DNA of 64,000 nucleotides, taken from NCBI RefSeq assembly GCF_009914755.1, contig NC_060948.1, one strand, 5' to 3'. Below the pieces are notes generated by a model, which worked only from the letters and a program-made list of their open reading frames with translations, was not told where the DNA came from and did no database searches. Positions within the stretch are counted from its first letter, which is position 1. Each line of letters begins with the position of its first letter. Source of the DNA: the human T2T-CHM13v2.0 reference genome, Homo sapiens. A program made the position numbers and the translations under genes. This document shows positions 13,601 through 27,800 of this stretch, piece after piece.

Positions 13601-14215
13601 GGAAACAAATGGAATGGAATTGAATGGAATGGAATTGAATGGAATGGGAACGAATGGAGTGAAATTGTATGCAGTAGAAGAGAATAGAATGGAATGCAAG
13701 CGAAAGGAAGGGAATGGATTGGAATGGAATGGAATTCATTGGAATGGAAGGGAATGTAGTGTAATGGACAGGCCTGGAATAAAGTGGAATGCTATGGTCT
13801 CGAATGGAATAAAAATGTATGGAATGGAATGCAATGAAACGGAATCGAATGTCATAGAATGTAATGGAATGCAACAAAATGGAATCCAAAATCATTGACT
13901 GGAAAGGCTGGGTGTCGAAAGGAATTGACTCCAATGGAATGGAATCGAATGGAATGGAAGTGAATAGAATCGAACTAAATCGAATGGAATGGAATTGATA
14001 GGAACGGAATGGAAAGGAATGCAATGATTTGGCATGGAATGGAATCGAATGGCATCGAATGGAATGGAATGGAATGCAATGGAATGGAATGTATTAGAAT
14101 GTAATGAACATTAATGGAATGTACTCGAATGGATTCGACTGGAATGGAATGTTCTGGAAGTGAATGGACTCCAATGGAATGGATTCGAAAGGAATGGAAT
14201 CGAACGGAATGGAAT
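10668..14215 (+). repeat. DYZ1 monomer U4 (3,548 bp; 1-bp-deletion clade)
   Basis: Anchors at 10668 and 14216; same 1-bp deletion at ~10,765. Confidence 0.9.
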
Positions 14216-17200
14216 CTAATGGAATGGAATTAAATGGAAATGAATCAAATTGAATAGCACGGAATTGAATTGAATGGAATCAAATGCAATGGAATCTAAT
14301 GAAACGGAAAGGAAAGAATGGAATGGAATAGAATGGGCTGGAATGGAAAGGAATCGAAACGAATGGAATGGAATCGAACTGAAGAGACTGGAATGGAATG
14401 CACTGGAATGGAAGGGAGTGTAATGGAAGGTTCTCGACAAAAATGGAATCGAATGGAATGGAATTGATTGGAACGGAATAGAGTCGAATGGAATTGAATG
14501 GAATGGAATGGACTAGAGTGAAATGGAATCGAACCACAAGGAATGGACAGGAATAGAATGGTCTCGAATTGAATGGAATCGTATGGAATGGCATCAAACG
14601 GAATGGAATGGACAGCCACGGAATGGAATGCACTCGAATGCAATGGAGTCGAAACTAATGGACTGGAATAGAATGGACTCGACTGGTACGGACTCCAATG
14701 GAATGGAATCGAATGGAAGGGAATCGAACGGAATGGACTCGAAGGGAAAAGACTGCAATGGAAAGGTCTCGAATGGAATGGAAATTAATGGGATGGAATG
14801 GAATCGAATGAAATGGAGTCAAAAGGAATGGAATCGAATGGCAAGAAATCGAATGTAATGGAATCGCAAGGAATTGATGTGAACGGAACGGAATGGAATG
14901 GAATCCAAAGGAATGGAATAGAATGGAATGGAATCGAATGGAAAGGACTCGAATGGAAATCACTCGAATAGAATGCAATTTAATAAAATAGGATCAAATG
15001 TAATAGAATGGAATGGAAAGGAATCGAAACGGAAGGAATGGAGACAGATGGAATGGAATGGAACAGAGAGCAATGGTATAGAATGGAATGGAATCATCTG
15101 GAATGGAATTGAATGGAATGGAATAATATGAAATGGAATGGAATGGAATGGAATGGAATGCCCTTGAATTAAATGGACTGGAATGGAATGGACTCGAACA
15201 GAGTGGAATGGAAAGTGTTGAGATAGAATGGAATGGACTCATTTGGAATGGTGTAGTATGCAATGCAATCGACTGGCAGGGAATCAAAAGGAATGTAATC
15301 GAATGGATTGGACTGGAATGCAATGGATTCGAATAGATTGCAAACGGAATGCAAAGGAATGGAATGGAATAGTATGGAATGGAATGGAAAGGAATGGAGT
15401 GGAATAGACTAGAGTGGAATGGAATGGACTGGAAAGCAATGGACTGGAATGGAACTTTCTTGAATGGACTGGAATCAAACGGAATGGAATGCAATGCAAT
15501 CAAATGGCATGGAATAAAATAGAATGAAAGAGAATCAAATGGAATTGAATCGAATGGAATCGAATGGAATGGAATGGAATGGACTAGAATGGAATGGATT
15601 CGAATGGAAGGCAAAGGAATGGAATCTATTGGAATGGACTGTAATGGAATGGAATGGAAGGGATTGGAATGGACTCGAATGGAATTGACTGCAATAGAAA
15701 GGATTCGAATGGAATGAAAAAGAATTGAATGGAATAGAACAGAATGGAATCAAATCGAATGAAATGGAATGGAATAGAAAGGAATGGAATGAAATGGAAT
15801 GGAAAGGATTCGAATGGAATGCAATCGAATGGAATGGAATCGAACGGAATGGAATAAAATGGAAGAAAACTGGCAAGAAATGGAATCGAAATGAATGGAG
15901 TGTTATGGAACGGACTCAAAAGGAATTGAATGTAATAGAATGGAGTGGAGTGGACTCGAATATAATGGACTGGAATGGAATGAAATCACATGGAATGGGA
16001 ACGAGTGGAATGGAATGGAAAGGAATGGAATCGAATGGAAAGGAATCGAATGGAAGGGAATGAAATTGAATCAACAGGAATGGAAGGGAATAGAATAGAC
16101 GGTAATGGAATGGACTCGAATAGAATGGACACGAATGCTCAAATTGAATGGACTCGAATGGAATGGAAACGAAAGGAATGTCATCGAATGGAATTGAATC
16201 GATTGGAATGAAATTGCATAGAATGGAGTGGAATCAAATGGAATTGAATCGAAAGGAAAGGAAGCGAATGGACTGAAATGAAATGGAATGGAATTGAATG
16301 GAAAGTAATGCAATGGAATAGAATGGAACGAAATTTCACGGAATGGAATCAAACTGAATGGAATCAAATCAATGGAATCCAATCAAATGGAATGGAGTAG
16401 ATTGGATTGGATGGGATTGGAATGAAATGTACTGGAAAGGACTCGAATTTCATGAAACGGAATGGAATGAATTGGAACGGAATGGACTCGAATGGAATGG
16501 AATGTCATAGAATGGTATCAAATGGAATGGCATCAAATGGAATGGAATCGAATGCAATGGAATGCTATGGAATGGAATGGAATGCATTGGAATGGAATGT
16601 CCTCTAATGGAATGGATTCGAGTGGAATGGAATCGAATATAATGGAGTCGAATGAAATGGAATTGAAAGGAATGGGATGGAATACAATGGAATATACTGG
16701 AATGTAATGTAATGAACTCGAATGTAATTGACTGGAATGGAATGTACATGAGTGGAATGTAATCGAATGGAAAGTAATCCAATGGAATAGAATCTAATGC
16801 AATAAAATCGACTCAGATAGAGTAGAATGTAATGGAATGGAGTGCAGTGCAATGGAATGGAATGGAATGGAATGCAATGGAATGGAATGGAATGGAATGG
16901 AATGGAATGGAATGGGATGGAATGGTATGGAATGGATAGTAATGGACTGGAGTGAAATGGACTGGAAAGGAATGGACTCAAATTGAAAGGTCTCGAAAGG
17001 AATGGAGTCAAATGGAATGGTCTGGAATGGAATGAACACGAATGTAATGCAATCCAATAGAATGGAATCGAATGGCATGGAATATAAAGAAATGGAATCG
17101 AAGAGAATGGAAACAAATGGAATGGAATTGAATGGAATGGAATTGAATGGAATGTGAACGAATGTAGTGAAATTGTATGCAGTAGAAGAGAATAGAATGG

Positions 17201-17723
17201 AATGCAAGCGAAATGAAAGGAATGGATTGGAATGGAATGGAATTCATTGGAATGGAAGGGAATGTAGTGTAATGGACAGGCCTGGAATAAAGTGGAATGC
17301 TACGGTCTCGAATGGAATAAAAATGTATGGAATGGAATGCAATGAAACGGAATCGAATGTCATAGAATGTAATGGAATGCAAAAAAATGGAATCCAAAAT
17401 CATTGAATGCAAAGGCTGGGTGTCGAAAGGAATTGACTCCAATGGAATGGAATCGAATGGAATGGAAGTGAATAGAATCGAACTAAATCGAATGGAATGG
17501 AATTGATAGGAACGGAATGAAAAGGAATGCAATGATTTGGCATGAAATGGAATCGAATGGCATCGAATGGAATGGAATGGAATGCAATGGAATGGAATGT
17601 ATTAGAATGTAATGAACTTTAATGGAATGTACTCGAATGGATTCGACTGGAATGGAATGTTCTGGAAGTGAATGGACTCCAATGGAATGGATTCAAAAGG
17701 AATGGAATCGTACGGAATGGAAT
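14216..17723 (+). repeat. DYZ1 monomer U5 (3,508 bp; chimeric: U4-like left part, U12-like right part)
   Basis: Anchors at 14216 and 17724; 1-bp deletion at ~14,315, 35-bp loss at ~15,570, 15-bp deletion at ~16,390. Confidence 0.9.
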
Positions 17724-20700
17724 CCAATGGAATGGAATTAAATGGAAATGAATCAAATTGAATAGCACGGAATTGAATTGAATGGAATTGAATGCAATGG
17801 AATCTAATGAAACGGAAAGGAAAGGAATGGAATGGAATGGAATGGGCTGGAATGGAAAGGAATCGAAACGAATGGAATGGAATCGAACTGAAGAGACTGG
17901 AATGGAATGCACTGGAATGGAAGGGAGTGTAATGGAAGGTTCTCGAAAAAAATGGAATCGAATGAAATGCAATTGAATGGAACGGAATAGAGTCGAATGG
18001 AATTGAATGGAATGGAATGGACTAGAGTGAAATGGAATCGAACCACAAGGAATGGACAGGAATAGAATGGTCTCGAATTGAATGGAATCGTATGGAATGG
18101 CATCAAACGGAATGGAATGGACAGCCACGGAATGGAATGCACTCGAATGCAATGGAGTCGAAACTAATGGACTGGAATAGAATGGACTCGACTGGTACGG
18201 ACTCCAATGGAATGGAATCGAATGGAAGGGAATCGAACGGAATGGACTCGAAGGGAAAAGACTGCAATGGAAAGGTCTCGAATGGAATGGAAATTAATGG
18301 AATGGAATGGAATCGAATGAAATGGAGTCGAAAGGAATGGAATCGAATGGCAAGAAATCGAATGTAATGGAATCGCAAGGAATTGATGTGAACGGAACGG
18401 AATGGAATGGAATCCAAAGGAATGGAATAGAATGGAATGGAATCGAATGGAAAGGACTCGAATGGAAATCACTCGAATAGAATACAATTTAATAAAATAG
18501 GATCAAATGTAATGGAATGGAATGGAAAGGAATCGAAACGAAAGGAATGGAGACAGATGGAATGGAATGGAACAGAGAGCAATGGTATAGAATGGAATGG
18601 AATCATCTGGAATGGAATTGAATGGAATGGAATAATATGAAATGGAATGCAATGGAATGGAATGGAATGCCCTTGAATTAAATGGACTGGAATGGAATGG
18701 ACTCGAACAGAGTGGAATGGAAAGTGTTGAGATAGAATGGAATGGACTCCTTTGGAATGGTGTAGTATGCAATGCAATCGACTGGCAGGGAATCAAAAGG
18801 AATGTAATCGAATGGATTGGACTGGAATGCAATGGACTCGAATAGATTGGAAACGGAATGCAAAGGAATGGAATGGAATAGTATGGAATGGAATGGAAAG
18901 GAATGGAGTGGAATAGACTAGAGTGGAATGGAATGGACTGGAAAGCAATGGACTGGAATGGAACTTTCTTGAATGGACTGGAATCAAACGGAATGGAATG
19001 CAATGCAATCAAATGGCATGGAATAAAATAGAATGAAAGAGAATCAAATGGAATTGAATCGAATGGAATCGAATGGATTGGAAAGGAATAGAATGGAATG
19101 GAATGGAATTGACTCAAATGGAATGGACTAGAATGGAATGGATTCGAATGGAAGGCAAAGGAATGGAATATATTGGAATGGACTGTAATGGAATGGAATG
19201 GAAGGGATTGGAATGGACTCGAATGGAATGGACTGCAATAGAAAGGATTCGAATTGAATGAAAAAGATTTGAATGGAATAGAACAGAATGGAATCAAATC
19301 GAATGAAATGGAATGGAATAGAAAGGAATGGAATGAAATGGAATGGAAAGGATTCGAATGGAATGCAATCGAATGGAATGGAATCGAACGGAATGGAATA
19401 AAATGGAAGAAAACTGGCAAGAAATGGAATCGAAATGAATGGAGTGTTATGGAACGGACTCAAAAGGAATTGAATGTAATAGAATGGAGTGGAGTGGACT
19501 CGAATATAATGGACTGGAATGGAATGAAATCACATGGAATGGGAACGAATGGAATGGAATGGAAAGGAATGGAATCGAATGGAAAGGAATCGAATGGAAG
19601 GGAATGAAATTGAATCAACAGGAATGGAAGGGAATAGAATAGACGGTAATGGAATGGACTCGAATAGAATGGACACGAATGCTCAAATTGAATGGACTCG
19701 AATGGAATGGAAAAGAAAGGAATGTCATCGAATGGAATTGAATCGATTGGAATGAAATCACTTAGAATCGAGTGGAATCAAATGGAATTGAATCGAAAGG
19801 AAAGGAAGCGAATGGACTGAAATGAAATGGAATGGAATTGAATGGAAAGTAATGCAATGGAATAGAATGGAACGAAATTTCACGGAATGGAATCAAACTG
19901 AATGGAATCAAATCAATGGAATCTAATCAAATGGAATGGAAAGGAATTGAATGGAGTAGATTGGATTGGATGGGATTGGAATGAAATGTACTGGAAAGGA
20001 CTCGAATTTCATGAAACGGAATGGAATGAATTGGAACGGAATGGACTCGAATGGAATGGAATGTCATGGAATGGCATCAAATGGAATGGCATCAAATGGA
20101 ATGGAATCGAATGCAATGGAATGTTATGGAATGGAATGGAATGCATTGGAATGGAATGTCCTCTAATGGAATGGATTCGAGTGGAATGGAATCGAATATA
20201 ATGGAGTCGAATGAAATGGAATTGAAAGGAATGGGATCGAATACAATAGAATATACTGGAATGTAATGTAATGAACTCGAATGTAATTGACTGGAATGGA
20301 ATGTACATGAATGGAATGTAATCGAATGGAAAGTAATCCAATGGAATAGAATCTAATGCAATAAAACCGACTCAGATAGAGTAGAATGTAATGGAATGGA
20401 GTGCAGTGCAATGGTATGGAATGGAATTGAATGCAATGGAATGGAATGGAATGGAATGGAATGGAATGGAATGGAATGGAATGGGATGGAATGGTATGGA
20501 ATGGATAGTAATGGACTGGAGTGAAATGGACTGGAAAGGAATGGACTCAAATTGAAAGGGCTCGAAAGGAATGGAGTCAAATGGAATGGTCTGGAATGGA
20601 ATGAACACGAATGTAATGCAACCCAATAGAATGGAATCGAATGGCATGGAATATAAAGAAATGGAATCGAAGAGAATGGAAACAAATGGAATGGAATTGA

Positions 20701-21292
20701 ATGGAATGGAATTGAATGGAATGGGAACGAATGGAGTGAAATTGTATGCAGTAGAAGAGAATAGAATGGAATGCAAGCGAAAGGAAAGGAATGGATTGGA
20801 ATGGAATGGAATTCATTGGAATGGAAGGGAATGTAGTGTAATGGACAGGCCTGGAATAAAGTGGAATGCTACGGTCTCGAATGGAATAAAAATGTATGGA
20901 ATGGAATGCAATGAAACGGAATCGAATGTCATAGAATGTAATGGAATGCAAAAAAATGGAATCCAAAATCATTGACTGGAAAGGCTTGGTGTCGAAAGGA
21001 ATTGACTCCAATGGAATGGAATCGAATGGAATGGAAGTGAATAGAATCGAACTAAATCGAATGGAATGGAATTGATAGGAACGGAATGGAAAGGAATGCA
21101 ATGATTTGGCATGGAATGGAATCGAATGGCATCGAATGGAATGGAATGGAATGCAATGGAATGGAATGTATTAGAATGTAATGAACTTTAATGGAATGTA
21201 CTCGAATGGATTCGACTGGAATGGAATGTTCTGGAAGTGAATGGACTCCAATGGAATGGATTCAAAAGGAATGGAATCGTACGGAATGGAAT
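17724..21292 (+). repeat. DYZ1 monomer U6 (3,569 bp; paralogue of U13)
   Basis: Private variants such as atcacttagaatcgag (~19,760) recur at ~44,660. Confidence 0.9.
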
Positions 21293-24200
21293 CTAATGGA
21301 ATGGAATTAAATGGAAATGAATCAAATTGAATAGCACGGAATTGAATTGAATGGAATGGAATGCAATGGAATCTAATGAAACGGAAAGGAAAGGAATGGA
21401 ATGGAATGGAATGGGCTGGAATGGAAAGGAATCGAAACGAATGGAATGGAATCGAACTGAAGAGACTGGAATGGAATGCACTGGAATGGAAGGGAGTGTA
21501 ATGGAAGGTTCTCGAAAAAAATGGAATCGAATGGAATGGAATTGAATGGAACGGAATAGAGTCGAATGGAATTGAATGGAATGGAATGGACTAGAGTGAA
21601 ATGGAATCGAACCACAAGGAATGGACAGGAATAGAATGGTCTCGAATTGAATGGGATCGTATGGAATGGCATCAAACGGAATGGAATGGACAGCCACGGA
21701 ATGGAATGCACTCGAATGCAATGGAGTCGAAACTAATGGACTGGAATAGAATGGACTCGACTGGTACGGACTCCAATGGAATGGAATCGAATGGAAGGGA
21801 ATCGAACGGAATGGACTCGAAGGGAAAAGACTGCAATGGAAAGGTCTCGAATGGAATGGAAATTAATGGAATGGAATGGAATCGAATGAAATGGAGTCAA
21901 AAGGAATGGAATCGAATGGCAAGAAATCGAATGTAATGGAATCGCAAGGAATTGATGTGAACGGAACGGAATGGAATGGAATCCAAAGGAATGGAATAGA
22001 ATGGAATGGAATCGAATGGAAAGGACTCGAATGGAAATCACTCGAATAGAATGCAATTTAATAAAATAGGATCAAATGTAATGGAATGGAATGGAAAGGA
22101 ATCGAAACGAAAGGAATGGAGACAGATGGAATGGAATGGAACAGAGAGCAATGGTATAGAATGGAATGGAATCATCTGGAATGGAATTGAATGGAATGGA
22201 ATAATATGAAATGGAATGGAATGGAATGGAATGGAATGCCCTTGAATTAAATGGACTGGACTCGAACAGAGTGGAATGGAAAGTGTTGAGATAGAATGGA
22301 ATGGACTCCTTTGGAATGGTGTAGTATGCAATGCAATCGACTGGCATGGAATCAAAAGGAATGTAATCGAATGGATTGGACTGGAATGCAATGGACTCGA
22401 ATAGATTGGAAACGGAATGCAAAGGAATGGAATGGAATAGTATGGAATGGAATGGAAAGGAATGGAGTGGAATAGACTAGAGTGGAATGGAATGGACTGG
22501 AAAGCAATGGACTGGAATGGAACTTTCTTGAATGGACTGGAATCAAACGGAATGGAATGCAATGCAATCAAATGGCATGGAATAAAATAGAATGAAAGAG
22601 AATCAAATGGAATTGAATCGAATGGAATCGAATGGATTGGAAAGGAATAGAATGGAATGGAATGGAATTGACTCAAATGGAATGGACTAGAATGGAATGG
22701 ATTCGAATGGAAGGCAAAGGAATGGAATCTATTGGAATGGACTGTAATGGAATGGAATGGAAGGGATTGGAATGGACTCGAATGGAATGGACTGCAATAG
22801 AAAGGATTCGAATGGAATGAAAAAGAATTGAATGGAATAGAACAGAATGGAATCAAATCGAATGAAATGGAATGGAATAGAAAGGAATGGAATGAAATGG
22901 AATGGAAAGGATTCGAATGGAATGCAATCGAATGGAATGGAATAAAATGGAAGAAAACAGGCAAGAAATGGAATCGAAAGGAATGGAGTGTTATGGAACG
23001 GACTCAAAAGGAATTGAATGTAATAGAATGGAGTGGAGTGGACTCGAATATAATGGACTGGAATGGAATGAAATCACATGGAATGGGAACGAATGGAATG
23101 GAATGGAAAGGAATGGAATCGAATGGAAAGGAATCGAATGGAAGGGAATGAAATTGAATCAACAGGAATGGAAGGGAATAGAATAGACGGTAATGGAATG
23201 GACTCGAATAGAATGGACACGAATGCTCAAATTGAATGGACTCGAATGGAATGGAAACGAAAGGAATGTCATCGAATGGAATTGAATCGATTGGAATGAA
23301 ATCGCATAGAATGGAGTGGAATCAAATGGAATTGAATCGAAAGGAAAGGAAGCGAATGGACTGAAATGAAATGGAATGGAATTGAATGGAAAGTAATGCA
23401 ATGGAATAGAATGGAACGAAATTTCACGGAATGGAATCAAACTGAATGGAATCAAATCAATGGAATATAATCAAATGGAATGGAAAGGAATTGAATGGAG
23501 TAGATTGGATTGGATGGGATTGGAATGAAATGTACTGGAAAGGACTCGAATTTCATGAAACGGAATGGAATGAATTGGAACGGAATGGACTCGAATGGAA
23601 TGGAATGTCATGGAATGGCATCAAATGGAATGGCATCAAATGGAATGGAATCGAATGCAATGGAATGCTATGGAATGGAATGGAATGCATTGGAATGGAA
23701 TGTCCTCTAATGGAATGGATTCGAGTGGAATGGAATCGAATATAATGGAGTCGAATGAAATGGAATTGAAAGGAATGGGATCGAATACAATGGAATATAC
23801 TGGAATGTAATGTAATGAACTCGAATGTAATTGACTGGAATGGAATGTACATGAATGGAATGTAATCGAATGGAAAGTAATCCAATGGAATAGAATCTAA
23901 TGCAATAAAATCGACTCAGATAGAGTAGAATGTAATGGAATGGAGTGCAGTGCAATGGAATGGAATGGAATGGAATGCAATGTAATGGAATGGAATGGAA
24001 TGGAATGGAATGGGATGGAATGGTATGGAATGGACAGTAATGGACTGGAGTGAAATGGACTGGAAAGGAATGGACTCAAATTGAAAGGGCTCGAAAGGAA
24101 TAGAGACAAATGGAATGGTCTGGAATGGAATGAACACGAATGTAATGCAATCCAATAGAATGGAGTCGAATGGCATGGAATATAAAGAAATGGAATCGAA

Positions 24201-24821
24201 GAGAATGGAAACAAATGGAATGGAATTGAATGGAATGGAATTGAATGGAATGGGAACGAATGGAGTGAAATTTTATGCAGTAGAAGAGAATAGAATGGAA
24301 TGCAAGAGAAACGAAAGGAATGGATTGGAATGGAATGGAATTCATTGGAATGGAATGGAATGTAGTGTAATGGACAGGCCTGGAATAAAGTGGAATGCTA
24401 CGGTCTCGAATGGAATAAAAATGTATGGAATGGAATGCAATGAAACGGAATCGAATGTCATAGAATGTAATGGAATGCAAAAAAATGGAATCCAAAATCA
24501 TTGACTGGAAAGGCTGGGTGTCAAAAGGAATTGACTCCAATGGAATGGAATCGAATGGAATGGAAGTGAATAGAATCGAACTAAATCGAATGGAATGGAA
24601 TTGATAGGAACGGAATGGAAAGGAATGCAATGATTTGGCATGGAATGGAATCGAATGGCATCGAATGGAATGGAATGGAATGCAATGGAATGGAATGTAT
24701 TAGAATGAAATGAACTTTAATGGAATGTACTCGAATGGATTCGACTGGAATGGAATGTTCTGGAAGTGAATGGACTCCAATGGAATGGATTCAAAAGGAA
24801 TGGAATCGGACGGAATGGAAT
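21293..24821 (+). repeat. DYZ1 monomer U7 (3,529 bp; paralogue of U14)
   Basis: 10-bp deletion at ~22,258 and 15-bp deletion at ~22,940, both repeated in U14. Confidence 0.9.
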
Positions 24822-27800
24822 CTAATGGAATGGAATTAAATGGAAATGAATCAAATTGAATAGCACGGAATTGAATTGAATGGAATGGAATGCAATGGAA
24901 TCTAATGAAACGGAAAGGAAAGGAATGGAATGGAATGGAATGGGCTGGAATGGAAAGGAATCGAAACGAATGGAATGGAATCGAACTGAAGAGACTGGAA
25001 TGGAATGCACTGGAATGGAAGGGAGTGTAATGGAAGGTTCTCGAAAAAAATGGAATCGAATGGAATGGAATTGAATGGAACGGAATAGAGTCGAATGGAA
25101 TTGAATGGAATGGAATGGACTAGAGTGAAATGGAATCGAACCACAAGGAATGGACAGGAATAGAATGGTCTCGAATTGAATGGGATCGTATGGAATGGCA
25201 TCAAACGGAATGGAATGGACAGCCACGGAATGGAATGCACTCGAATGCAATGGAGTCGAAACTAATGGACTGGAATAGAATGGACTCGACTGGTACGGAC
25301 TCCAATGGAATGGAATCGAATGGAAGGGAATCGAACGGAATGGACTCGAAGGGAAAAGACTGCAATGGAAAGGTCTCGAATGGAATGGAAATTAATGGAA
25401 TGGATTGGAATCGAATGAAATGGAGTCAAAAGGAATGGAATCGAATGGCAAGAAATCGAATGTAATGGAATCGCAAGGAATTGATGTGAACGGAACGGAA
25501 TGGAATGGAATCCAAAGGAATGGAATAGAATGGAATGGAATCGAATGGAAAGGACTCGAATGGAAATCACTCGAATAGAATGCAATTTAATAAAATAGGA
25601 TCAAATGTAATGGAATGGAATGGAAAGGAATCGAAACGAAAGGAATGGAGACAGATGGAATGGAATGGAACAGAGAGCAATGGTATAGAATGGAATGGAA
25701 TCATCTGGAATGGAATTGAATGGAATGGAATAATATGAAATGGAATGGAATGGAATGGAATGGAATGCCCTTGAATTAAATGGACTGGACTCGAACAGAG
25801 TGGAATGGAAAGTGTTGAGATAGAATGGAATGGACTCCTTTGGAATGGTGTAGTATGCAATGCAATCGACTGGCATGGAATCAAAAGGAATGTAATGGAA
25901 TGGATTGGACTGGAATGCAATGGACTCGAATAGATTGGAAACGGAATGCAAAGGAATGGAATGGAATAGTATGGAATGGAATGGAAAGGAATCGAGTGGA
26001 ATAGACTAGAGTGGAATGGAATGGACTGGAAAGCAATGGACTGGAATGGAACTTTCTTGAATGGACTGGAATCAAACGGAATGGAATGCAATGCAATCAA
26101 ATGGCATGGAATAAAATAGAATGAAAGAGAATCAAATGGAATTGAATTGAATGGAATCGAATGGATTGGAAAGGAATAGAATGGAATGGAATGGAATTGA
26201 CTCAAATGGAATGGACTAGAATGGAATGGATTCGAATGGAAGGCAAAGGAATGGAATCTATTGGAATGGACTGTAATGGAATGGAATGGAAGGGATTGGA
26301 ATGGACTCGAATGGAATGGACTGCAATAGAAAGGATTCGAATGGAATGAAAAAGAATTGAATGGAATAGAACAGAATGGAATCAAATCGAATGAAATGGA
26401 ATGGAATAGAAAGGAATGGAATGAAATGGAATGGAAAGGATTCGAATGGAATGCAATCGAATGGAATGGAATCGAACGGAATGGAATAAAATGGAAGAAA
26501 ACAGGCAAGAAATGGAATCGAAAGGAATGGAGTGTTATGGAACGGACTCAAAAGGAATTGAATGTAATAGAATGGAGTGGAGTGGACTCTAATATAATGG
26601 ACTGGAATGGAATGAAATCACATGGAATGGGAACGAATGGAATGGAATGGAAAGGAATGGAATCGAATGGAAAGGAATCAAATGGAAGGGAATGAAATTG
26701 AATCAACAGGAATGGAAGGGAATAGAATAGACGGTAATGGAATGGACTCGAATAGAATGGACACGAATGCTCAAATTGAATGGACTCGAATGGAATGGAA
26801 ACGAAAGGAATGTCATCGAATGGAATTGAATCGATTGGAATGAAATCGCATAGAATGGAGTGGAATCAAATGGAATTGAATCGAAAGGAAAGGAAGCGAA
26901 TGGACTGAAATAAAATGGAATGGAATTGAATGGAAAGTAATGCAATGGAATAGAAGGGAACGAAATTTCACGGAATGGAATCAAACTGAATGGAATCAAA
27001 TCAATGGAATCAAATCAAACGGAATGGAAAGGAATTGAATGGAGTAGATTGGATTGGATGGGATTGGAATGTAATGTACTGGAAAGGACTCGAATTTCAT
27101 GAAACGGAATGGAATGAATTGGAACGGAATGGACTCGAATGGAATGGAATGTCATGGAATGGCATCAAATGGAATGGCATCAAATGGAATGGAATCGAAT
27201 GCAATGGAATGCTATGGAATGGAATGGAATGCATTGGAATGGAATGTCCTCTAATGGAATGGATTCGAGTGGAATGGAATCGAATATAATGGAGTCGAAT
27301 GAAATGGAATTGAAAGGAATGGGATCGAATACAATGGAATATACTGGAATGTAATGTAATGAACTCGAATGTAATTGACTGGAATGGAATGTACATGAAT
27401 GGAATGTAATCGAAAGGAAAGTAATCCAATGGAATAGAATCTAATGCAGTAAAATCGACTCAGATAGAGTAGAATGTAATGGAATGGAGTGCAGTGCAAT
27501 GCAATGGAATGGAATGGAATGCAATGGAATGGAATGGAATGGAATGGAATGGAATGGAATGGAATGGAATGGGATGGAATGGTATGGAATGGATAGTAAT
27601 GGACTGGAGTGAAATGGACTGCAAAGGAATGGACTCAAATTGAAAGGGCTCGAAAGGAATGGAGTCAAATGGAATGGTCTGGAATGGAATGAACACGAAT
27701 GTAATGCAATCCAATAGAATGGAATCGAATGGCATGGAATATAAAGAAATGGAATCGAAGAGAATGGAAACAAATGGAATGGAATTGAATGGAATGGAAT

